A DNA stretch of 64,000 nt from Owenia fusiformis (lineage: Eukaryota): positions 32,736,001 through 32,800,000 of the forward strand of contig CAIIXF020000001.1 of the NCBI GenBank assembly GCA_903813345.2. The letters run 5' to 3'. A program made the position numbers and the translations under genes. Position 1 is the first letter of the stretch. Each line of letters starts with the position of its first letter. The notes under the pieces are model-generated. The model worked only from the letters and a program-made list of their open reading frames with translations. It ran no database searches and had not been told where the DNA came from. Positions 49,201 through 61,200 of this stretch are shown here, piece by piece.

Positions 49201-52200
49201 TGAGTACAGCTTAAGATAATGAATTCCTATAAAAGAAGGGGACCTCAAAAGCTACCTAGTTTCAATATTTGGACACCAAAATGCCTAGGTCAAAATCTAG
49301 GTCAAATTCATAGTTTTTCCTTATTTTTGCGATTCTGGCACTACACTTTTAGGATTTGCTTCAAAATTTTGTATACAGGTAGCAAAGAGTGTGCTAATAG
49401 TGTTAGCCTTTTGCCGTCAGAGAGTATTTTGACCCACTTTTGAGATATGGTGTCCGAAAAGTAGGTCAAAATAAAAGTTCTCCGAATTTAGCATATGAGT
49501 TATGAAATAAGGATAGAATTTTCTGAGGAATCAGAATCTGCAAACCAAATTTCGATCCGACTTTCTGTTTGAAAGTTATAGCGTTTTGAAAGCTCAAAAA
49601 TTGCTAAATTTGGTGCCCCATGTTATGTCAATAGGGAAAAAGATTTTTTTTTTGAAGTCTAAAATACCAGATATAGACTGAGTACAGCTTAACATTCTGA
49701 AAGCCTTTAAAAAAAGGGGGCATCGAAGGCTATCTAGCTTTAAAATTTGGACACCAAAATGCCAAGGTCAAAATCTAGGGCAAATTCATAATTTTCCTTA
49801 TTTTTGCGATTCTGACATTACACTTTAATGATTTGCTTCGAAATTTTGTATACAGGTAGCAAAGAGTGTGCTTATAGTGATAGCCTTTTGCCGTCAGAAA
49901 GTATTTTGACCCACTTTTGAGATATGGTGTCCAAAAAGTAGGTCAAAATAAAAAAATCTCCAAATTTAATGTATGAGTTATGAATTAAGGGTAGAATTTT
50001 CCCAGGAGTCCGAATCTTTAAACCAAAATACAATCTAACTTCTGGTTAGATAGTTATAGCGGTTTGAAGTCTCGAAAAGTCGATATGATGATATCCCCAT
50101 GTTAAGCCAATGGAGTCGAAGATAAAAAAAATGGAGAGTTGTCTAAATGTCTAAATTCTAGCTGACTCGATCAGCTTATTCTGGATGACTCAGCTTACAA
50201 GTATTCTGGATGACTCAGCTTAAAAAAAGAATTAAATCTGGAGTCTTAAATTGAACTTGTTCAATTTACATGTCTAGTTATTATTATTATTATTATTTTT
50301 CTTTCTTTCCGCGTTTTCTCAGCAACTAGAGGGACTTTCTAAAATCTGCTAACATAGTCAACTAGGTAATGAGTTCTAGTTTCTGGGAAATTAGGTCAAA
50401 TGTTTATCTAGGTCAAAGGTCAAGAACTAGGTCAAATCGTCTCTTTTTGCTATTTCACAAGTTTTCTCAGTCGTCCTTTGGTATTTTCGCTCCGGGTTTT
50501 TTTCATCATGTTCCTTAGAAAAAAAGCTAATTCCGTAAGGCAAACCGTTTTTTGATTACTCTTACCGATTTTGAGATATGGCGTCCGAAAAGTAGGTCAG
50601 AACATAAAAAATTCTCCAAATTCAACGTGTGAATTATCAAATAAGTGTAGAATTATCTCAGGAATCCGAATCTGCAAACAAAATTTTGATCCGACTTCCG
50701 GTTAGGAAGTTATAGCGTTTTGAAATCTCAAAAATCGCTAAATTTGGTGCCCATGTTAAGTCAATGGGAAAAAAGGCTTTTTCGAAGTGTAAAATACAAG
50801 ATATAGACTGAGTTCAGCTTAACATATTGAATGCCTATAAAAGAAGGGGACCTCAAAAGCTACATAGCTTCGAAATTTGGACACCAGAATGCCTAGGTCA
50901 AAATCTAGGTCAAATTCATAGTTTTTCCTTATTTTTGCGATTCTGGCACTACACTTTTAGGATTTGCTTCAAAATTTTGTATACAGGTAGCAAAGAGTGT
51001 GCTAATAGTGAGAGCCTTTTGCCGTCAGAAAGTATTTTGACCAACTTTTGAGATATGGTGTCCGTAAAGTAGGTCAAAATAAAAATTTCTCATAATTTAA
51101 CTTATGAGTTATGAATTAAGGGTAGAATTTTCTCAGGAATCCGAATCTGCAAACCAAATTTCAATCCGACTTTTCGTTGGGAAGTTATGGCGTTTTGAAA
51201 GCTCAAAAATCGCTAATTTTGGTGCCCCATGTTATGTCAATGAGAAAAAAGATTTTTTTGAAGTGTAAAATACCAGATAAAGACTGAGTACAGCTTAAGA
51301 TTCTGAAAGTCTATAAAAGAAGGGGACCTCGAAGGCTATCTAGCTTTAAAATTTGGACACCAAAATCCCTAGGTCAAAATCTAGGTCAAATACATAGTTT
51401 TTCCTTATTTTTGCGATTCTGGCACTACACTTTTAGGATTTGCTTCGAAATTTTGTATACAGGTAGCAAAGAGTGAGCTTATAGTGTTAGCTTTTGCCGT
51501 CAGAGAGTATTTTGACCCACTTTTGAGATATGGTGTCCGAAAAGTAGGTCAAAATAAAAAATTCTCCAAATTTTACATATGAGTTATGAATTAAGAGTAG
51601 AATGTTCTCAGGAATCCGAATCTGCAAACCAAATTTCAATCCAACTTCCAGTTCCAAAGTTATGGCGTGTCCTAAAAGTAGGTCAAAATAAAAATTCGCC
51701 AAATTTAACGTATGAGTTATGAATAAGGGGTAGAATTTTGTCAGGAATCCGAATCTTTAAATCAAATTTCGATCCGACTTCCGGTTTGAAAGTTATGGCG
51801 TTTTGAAATTTCGAGAAAAATCGATCTGATGTTATCCTGATAGAAAGTCAAGGAAAAAAGATTTTTTTGAAGTGTAAAATACGAGATATAGATTGAGTAC
51901 AGCTTAAGATAATGAATTCCTATAAAAGAAGGGGACCTCAAAAGCTACCTAGTTTCAATATTTGGACACCAAAATGCCTAGGTCAAAATCTAGGTCAAAT
52001 TCATAGTTTTTCCTTATTTTTGCGATTCTGGCACTACACTTTTAGGATTTGCTTCAGAGAGTATTTTGACCCACTTTTGAGATATGGTGTCCGAAAAGTA
52101 GGTCAAAATAAAAGTTCTCCGAATTTAGCATATGAGTTATGAAATAAGGATAGAATTTTCTGAGGAATCTGAATCTGCAAACCAAATTTCGATCCGACTT

Positions 52201-55200
52201 TCTGTTTGAAAGTTATAGCGTTTGAAAGCTCAAAAATTGCTAAATTTGGTGCCCCATGTTATGTCAATAGGGAAAAAGATTTTTTTGAAGTCTAAAATAC
52301 CAGATATAAACTGAGTACAGCTTAACATTCTGAAAGCCTTTAAAAGAAGGGGACCTCGAAGGCTATCTAGCTTTAAAATTTGGACACCAAAATGCCAAGG
52401 TCAAAATCTAGGGCAAATTCATAATTTTCCTTATTTTTGCGATTCTGACATTACACTTTAATGATTTGCTTCGAAATTTTGTATACAGGTAGCAAAGAGT
52501 GTGCTTATAGTGATAGCCTTTTGCCGTCAGAAAGTATTTTGACCCACTTTTGAGATATGGTGTCCAAAAAGTAGGTCAAAATAAAAAAATCTCCAAATTT
52601 AATGTATGAGTTATGAATTAAGGGTAGAATTTTCTCAGGAGTCCGAATCTTTAAACCAAAATACAATCTAACTTCTGGTTAGATAGTTATAGCGGTTTGA
52701 AGTCTCGAAAAGTCGATATGATGATATCCCCATGTTAAGCCAATGGAGTCGAAGATAAAAAATGGAGAGTTGTCTAAATGTCTAAATTCTAGCTGACTCG
52801 ATCAGCTTATTCTGGATGACTCAGCTTACAAGTATTCTGGATGACTCAGCTTAAAAAAAGAATTAAATCTGGAGTCTTAAATTGAACTTGTTCAATTTAC
52901 ATGTCTAGTTATTATTATTATTCTAAACCAGTTTTCTCAATAACCATAAGGTTTTCAGTAAAGTCAGTTATTTGGTCAATTTAGGTCCAGAATCTAGTTC
53001 CTCGGAAATTGGGTCAAATTTTTATCTAGGTCAAAGGTCAAGAACTAGGTCAAATTCAGTACTTTGTCACTTTTTTCGATTTTCTCGGTCGTCCTTCAAT
53101 ATTTTTCATCCGGGTTTTTTTCATTGTGTTCCTTATAAAAAAGTAGAAAACCTAGGGTCGATTTAGTTTTTGGATATCTCAAACAGATTTCGAGATATCA
53201 GTGTCCGAAAACGAGGTCCAAAAAAAAATTCTTCGAATCAAATGTCCAGGATATTGGTCTTATAGGAAATTTTATCAGGATTCCGAATCTGAAAACCAAA
53301 TTCGAATCAGACTTCCGGTTCGGAAGTTATGGCGTTTTGAAAGCTCAAAAATCGCTAAATTTGGTGCCCATGTTAAGTCAATGGGGAAAAAGATTTTTTT
53401 GAAGTGAAAAATACGAAATATAGACTGAGTTCAGCTAAATATAATGAAAGCCTATGAAAGAAGGGAACCTCGAAGGCTACCTAACTTCAAAATTTGGACA
53501 CAAAAATCCCTAGGTCAAAATCTAGGTCAAATTCATAGTTTATCCTTATTTTTGCGATTCTGACACTACACTTTAATACTATTCCTCGAAATTTTGTATG
53601 CATGTAGCCAAGAGTGTTCTTATAGTGTTAGCCTTTTGCCGTCAGAAAGTATTTTGCCCCACTTTTGAGATATGGTGTCCGAAAAGTAGGTCAAAATATA
53701 AAGCTCTCCAAATTTAACATTTGAGTTATGAATTAAGTATAGAATTTTCTCAGGAATCCGAATCTGCAAAGCAAATTTCGATCCGACTTCCGGTTCGGAA
53801 GTTATGACATTTTGAAAGCTCAAAAATCGCTAAATTTAGTGCCCCATGTTATGTCAATGGGAACAAAAAATTTTTTGAAGTGTAAAATACGAGATATAGA
53901 CTAAGTACAGCTTAAAATAATGAAAGCCTATGAAAGAAGGGAACCTCGAAGGCTACCTAACTTCAAAATTTGGACACAAAAATCCCTAGGTCAAAATCTA
54001 GGTCAAATTCATAGTTTATCCTTATTTTTGCGATTCTGACACTACACTTTAATTATATTCCTCGAAATTGTGTATACATGTAGCCAAGAGTGTGCTAATA
54101 GCGTTAGCCTTTTGCCGTCAGAAAGTATTTTGACCCACTTTTGAGATATGGTGTCTGAAAAGTAGGTCAAAATAAAAAGTTCTCCAAATTTAACGTTTGA
54201 GTTATGAATTAAGAGTAGAATTTTCTCAGAAATCCGAATCTGCAAACCAAATTTCAATCAGACTTCCGGTTCCGAAGTTATGGCGTGTCCGAAAAGTAGG
54301 TCAAAATAAAAATTCGCCAAATTTAACGTATGAGTTATGAATTAGGGGGAAATTTGTGTCAGGAATCTGAATCTACAAATCAAATTTCGAACCGACTTCC
54401 GGTTCGGAAGTTATGGCGTTTTGAAATTTCAAGAAAAATCGATCTGATGGTATCCTGATAGAAAGTCAAGAGTAGAGAAGCAAATATTGAAAAATGCATC
54501 CATCCTTCCTTTCTGATCCTATCCTATCCTTCCTATCTACCCTTGCTTCGTTTCCTCTCCTTCCTATTCTATCCCTTCTTCCTATTCTATGCTATCCTTC
54601 TTTCCTATTCTATCCTATCGTTCCTTCCTATTCTATCCTATCCTTCCTTCCTTTTTCATCCATCCATCCATCCATCCATCCATCCATCCATCCATCCTTC
54701 TTTTTCTTGATGACTTAGTTCATTTTGGATGACTTGGCTTATTCTGGATGACTCTGCTAAAAAATGTCTAGATCTGGAGTCTGAAATTGAACTCGTTCAA
54801 TTTCCAAAATCTAGTTATTATTCTAACCCAGTTTTCTCGATAACCATAAGGTTTTCAGTAAAGTCAGTCATTTGGTCAATTTAGGTCCAGAATCTAGTTC
54901 CTCGGAAATTGGGTCAAATTTTTATCTAGGTCAAAGGTCAAGAACTAGGTCAAATCCAGTACTTTGTCACTTTTTTCGATTTTCTCGGTCATCCTTCAAT
55001 ATTTTCGATCCGGTTTTTTTTCATTGTGTTCCTTATAAAAAAGTAGAAAACCTAGGGTCGATTTAGTTTTTTGATATCTCAAACAGATTTCGAGATATCA
55101 GTGTCCGAAAACGAGGTCCAAAAAAAAGTTCTTCGAATCAAAAATCCAGGATATTGGTCTTATAGGAAATTTTCTCAGGATTCCGAATCTGAAAACCAAA

Positions 55201-58200
55201 TTCGAATCAGACTTCCGGTTCGGAAGTTATGGCGTTTTGAAAGCTCAAAAATCGCTAAATTTGGTGCCCATGTTAAGTCAATGGGGAAAAAGATTTTTTT
55301 GAAGTGAAAAATACGAAATATAGACTGAGTTCAGCTAAATATAATGAAAGCCTATGAAAGAAGGGAACCTCGAAGGCTACCTAACTTCAAAATTTGGACA
55401 CAAAAATCCCTAGGTCAAAATCTAGGTCAAATTCATAGTTTATCCTTATTTTTGCGATTCTGACACTACACTTTAATTATATTCCTCGAAATTTTGTTTG
55501 CATGTAGCCAAGAGTGTGCTTATAGTGTTAGCCTTTTGCCGTCAGAAAGTATTTTGCCCCACTTTTGAGATATGGTGTCCGAAAAGTAGGTCAAAATATA
55601 AAGTTCTCCAAATTTAACATTTGAGTTATGAATTAAGTATAGAATTTTCTCAGGAATCCGAATCTGCAAATCAAATTTCGATCCGACTTCCGGTTCGGAA
55701 GTTATTACATTTTGAAAACTCAAAAATCGCTAAATTTAGTGCCCCATGTTATGTCAATGGGAACAAAAATTTTTTTGAAGTGTAAAATACGAGATATAGA
55801 CTAAGTACAGCTTAAAATAATGAAAGCCTATGAAAGAAGGGAACCTCGAAGGCTACCTAACTTCAAAATTTGGACACAAAAATCCCTAGGTCAAAATCTA
55901 GGTCAAATTCATAGTTTATCCTTATTTTTGCGATTCTGACACTACACTTTAATTATATTCCTCGAAATTGTGTATACATGTAGCCAAGAGTGTGCTTATA
56001 GCGTTAGTTTTTTGCCGTCAGAAAGTATTTTGACCCACTTTTGAGATATGGTGTCTGAAAAGTAGGTCAAAATAAAAAGTTCTCCAAATTTAACGTTTGA
56101 GTTATGAATTAAGAGTAGAATTTTCTCAGAAATCCGAATCTGCAAACCAAATTTCAATCCGACTTCCGGTTCCGAAGTTATGGCGTGTCCGAAAAGTAGG
56201 TCAAAATAAAAATTCGCCAAATTTAACGTATGAGTTATGAATTAGGGGGAAATTTTTGTCAGGAGTCTGAATCTACAAATCAAATTTCGATCCGACTTCC
56301 GGTTCGGAAGTTATGGCGTTTTGAAATTTCAAGAAAAATCGATCTGATGGTATCTTGATAGAAAGTCAAGAGTAGAGAAGAAAATATTGAAAAATGCATC
56401 CATCCTTCCTTTCTGATCCTATCCTATCCTTCCTATCTACCCTTGCTTCGTTTCCTGTCCTTCCTATTCTATCCCTTCTTCCTATTCTATTCTATCCTTC
56501 TTTCCTATTCTATCCTATCGTTCCTTCCTATTCTATCCTATCCTTCCTTCCTTTTTCATCCATCCATCCATCCATCCATCCATCCTTCTTTTTCTTGATG
56601 ACTTAGTTCATTTTGGATGACTTGGCTTATTCTGGATGACTCGGCTAAAAAAAGTCTAGATCTGGAGTCTGAAATTGAACTCGTTCAATTTCCAAAATCT
56701 AGTTCTTATTATTATTCTAAACCAGTTTTCTCAATAACCATAAAATTTTCAGTAAAGTCAGTCATTTGGTCAATTTAGGTCCAGAATCTAGTTCCTCGGA
56801 AATTGGGTCAAATTTTTATCTAGGTCAAAGGTCAAGAACTAGGTCAAATCCAGTACTTTGTCACTTTTTTCGATTTTCTCGGTCGTCCTTTAATATTTTC
56901 GATCCGGGTTTTTTTCATTGTGTTCCTTATAAAAAAGTAGAAAACCTAGGGTCGATTTAGTTTTTTGATATATCAAATCGATTTCGAGATATCAGTGTCC
57001 GAAAACGAGGTCCAAAAAAAAGTTCTCCGAATCAAATGTCCAGGATATTGGTCTTATAGGAAATTTTCTCAGGATTCCGAATCTGAAAACCAAATTTGAA
57101 TCAGACTACCGGTTCGGAAGTTATGGCGTTTTGAAAACTCAAAAATCGCTAAATTTGGTGCCCATGTTAAGTCAATGGGAAAAAAGATTTTTTTGAAGTG
57201 AAAAATACGGAATATAGACTGAGTTCAGCTAAATATAATGAAAGCTTTTAAAAGAATGGGACCTCAAAAGCCATCTAGCTTTAAAATTTGGACACCAAAA
57301 TGCCTAGGTCAAAATCTAGGTCAAATTCAAAGTTTTTCCTTATTTTTGCGATTCTGACACTACAGATAAATTATATTCTTCGAAATTTTGTATACATGTA
57401 GCCAAGAGTGTGCTTATAGTGTAAGCCTTTTGCCGTCAGAAAGTATTTTGCCCCACTTTTGAGATATGGTGTCCGAAAAGTAGGTCAAAATAAAAAGTTC
57501 TCCAAATTTAATATATGAGTTATGAATTAAGGGAAGAATTTTGTCAGGAATCTGAATCTGCAAACAAAATTTCGATCCGACTTCCGGTTCGGAAGTTATG
57601 GCGTGTCCAAAAAGTAGGTCAAAATGAAAAATCTCCAAATTTAACGTATGAGTTATGAATTAGGGGTAGAATTTTGTCAGGAATCCGAATCTGCAAACCA
57701 AATTTCGATCTGACTTCCAGTTCGGAAGTTATGGCGTTTTGAAATTTCGGGAAAAATCGATCTGATGGTATCCTGATAGAAAGTCAAGAGTAGAGAAGAA
57801 AATATTGAAAAATTCATCCATCCTTCCTATCTCATCCTATCCTATCCTTCCTATCTATCCTTCCTTCGTATCTTTTCCTTCCTATCCTTCCTATCCTATC
57901 CTATCCTTTCTTCCTATTCTATCCTATCCTTCTTTCTTATTCTATCCTCTCGTTCTTTCCTATTCTATCCTATCCTACCTTCCTATTTTATTTATCCATC
58001 TTTTTCTGGATGACTCAGCTTATTCTGGATGACTCGGCTAAAAAAAAGTCTAGATCTGGAGTCTGAAATTGAACTTCGTTCAATTTCCAAAATCTAGTTA
58101 TTATTATTCTTATTATTATTCTAAACCAGTTTTCTCAATAACCATAAGGTTTTCAGTAAAGTCAGTCATTTGGTCAATTTAGGTCCAGAATCTAGTTCCT

Positions 58201-61200
58201 CGGAAATTGGGTCAAATTTTTATCTAGGTCAAAGGTCAAGAACTAGGTCAAATCCAGTACTTTGTCACTTTTTTCGATTTTCTCGGTCGTCCTTCAATAT
58301 TTTCGATCCGGGTTTTTTTCATTGTGTTCCTTATAAAAAAGTAGGAAACCTAGGGTCGATTTAGTTTTTTGATATCTCAAACCGATTTCGAGATATCAGT
58401 GTCCGAAAACGAGGTCCAAAAAAAAGTTCTCCGAATCAAATGTCCAGGATATTAGTCTTATAGGAAATTTTCTCAGGATTCCGAATCTGAAAACAAAATT
58501 TCGATCCGACTTCCGGTAAGGAAGTTATGGCGTTTTGAAAACTCAAAAATCGCTAAATTTGGTGCCCATGTTAAGTCAATGGGAAAAAATATTTTTTTGA
58601 AGTGAAAAATACGGAATAAAGACTGAGTTCAGCTTCATATAATCAAAGCCTTTAAAAGAAAGGGACCTCAAAAGCCATTTAGCTTCAAAATTTGGACACC
58701 GAAATGCCTAGGTCAAAATATAGGTCAAATTCATAGGTTTTCCTTATTTTTTCGATTCTGACACTACACTTTAATTATATTCTTCGAAATTGTGTATACA
58801 TGTAGCCAAGAATATGCTAATAGTGTTAGCCTTTTGCCGTCAGACAGTATTTTGACCCACTTTTGAGATATGGTGTCCGAAAAGTAGGTCAAAATAAAAA
58901 GTTCTCCAAATTTAATATATGAGTTATGAATTAGGTATAGAATTTTCTCAGGAATCCGGATCTGCAAACCAAATTTCGATCCGACTTCCGGTTCGGAAGT
59001 TATGGCGTGTCCGAAAAGTAGATCAAAATAAAAAATCTCCAAATTTAACGTATGAGTTATGAATTAGGTATAGAATTTTCTCAGGAATCCGGATCTGCAA
59101 ACCAAATTTCGATCCGACTTCCGGTTCGGAAGTTATGGCATGTCAGAAAAGTAGGTCAAAATAAAAAATCTCCAAATTTAACGTATGAGTTATGAATTAG
59201 GGGTAGAATTTTGTCAGGAATCCGGAACTGCAAACCAAATTTCGATCCGACTTCCGGTTCGGAAGTTATGGCGTGTCCGAAAAGTAGGTCAAAATAAAAA
59301 ATCTCAAAATTTAACGTATGTGTTATGAATTAGGGGTAGAATTTTGTCAGGAATCCGAATCTGCAAACCAAGTTATAGCGTTTTGAAATTTCGAGAAAAA
59401 TCGATCTGATGGTATCCTGATAGAAAGTCAAGAGTAGAGAAGAAAATATTGAAAAATTCATCCATCCTTCCTATGTCATCCTATCCTATCCTTCCTATCT
59501 ATCCTTTCTTCATATCTTTTCCTTCCTATCCTTCCTATCCTATCCTATCCTTTCTTCCTATTCTATTCTATCCTATCCTATCCTTCTTTCTTATTCTATC
59601 CTATCGTTCTTTCCTATTCTATCCTATCCTACCTTCCTTTTTTATTTATCCATCTCTTTCTAGATGACTCAGCTTATTCTGGATGACTCGGCTTATTCTG
59701 GATGACTCGGCTAAAAAAAGTCTAGATCTGGAGTCTGAAATTGAACTTCGTTCAATTTCCAAAATCTAGTTATTCTTATTATTATTCTAAGCAAGTTTTC
59801 TCAATAACTGTAAAATCTTCAGTTAAGAAAATCCTTTGGTTTATTTAGGTTCAGAATCTAGTTCCTCGGAAATTGGGTCAAATTTTTATCTAGGTCAAAG
59901 GTCAAGAACTAGGTCAAATCCAATACTTTGTCACTTTTTTCGATTTTCTCGGTCGTCCTTCAATATTTTCGATCCGGGTTTTTTTCAATGTGTTCCTTAT
60001 AAAAAAGTAGGAAACCTAGGGTCGATTTAGTTTTTTGATATCTCAAACCGATTTCGAGATATCAGTGTCCGAAAACGAGGTCAAAAAAAAAGTTCTCCGA
60101 ATCAAATGTCCAGTATATTAGTCTTATAGATAATTTTCTCAGGATTCCGAATCTGAAAACGAAATTTGTATCTGACTTCCAGTTCGGAAGTTATGGCGTT
60201 TTGAAAACTCAAAAATCGCTAAATTTGGTGCCCATGTTAAGTCAATGGGAAAAAATATTTTTTTGAAGTGAAAAATACGGAATATAGACTGAGTTCAGCT
60301 TCATATAATCAAAGCCTTTAAAAGAAGGGGACCTCAAAAGACATCTAGCTTCACAATTTGGACACCGAAATGCCTAGGTCAAAATCTAGGTCAAATTCAT
60401 AGGTTTTCCTTATTTTTTCGATTCTGACACTACACTTTAATTATATTCTTCGAAATTGTGTATACATGTAGCCAAAAATATGCTAATAGTGTTAGCCTTT
60501 TGCCGTCAGAATGTATTTTGACCCACTTTTGAGATATGGTGTCCGAAAAGTAGGTCAAAATAAAAAGTTCTCCAAATTGAATATATGAGTTATGAATTAA
60601 GGGTAGAATTCTGTCAGGCATCCGAATCTGCAAACCAAATTTCGATCCGACTTCCGGTTCGGAAGTAATGGCGTGTCCGAAAAGTAGGTCAAAATAAAAA
60701 ATCTCCAAATTTAACGTATGAGTTATGAATTAGGGGTAGAATTTTGTCAGGAATCCGAATCTGCAAACCAAATTTCGGAAGTGATAGCGTTTTGAAATTT
60801 CGAGAAAAATCGATCTGATGGTATCCTGATAGAAAGTCAAGAGTAGAGAAGAAAATATTGAAAAATTCATCCATCCTTCTTATCTCATCCTACCCTATCC
60901 TTCCTATCTATCCTTCCTTCATATCTTTTCCTTCCTATCCTTCCTATCCTATCCTATCCTTTCTTCCTATTCTATTCTATCCTATTCTATTCTATCCTAT
61001 CCTTCTTTCTTATTCTATCCTATCGTTCTTTCCTATTCTATCCTATCCTACCTTCCTATTTTATTTATCCATCTCTTTCTAGATGACTCAGCTTATTCTG
61101 GATGACTCGGCTTATTCTGGATGACTCGGCTAAAAAAAGTCTAGATCTGGAGTCTGAAATTGAACTTCGTTCAATTTCCAAAATCTAGTTATTATTCTAA

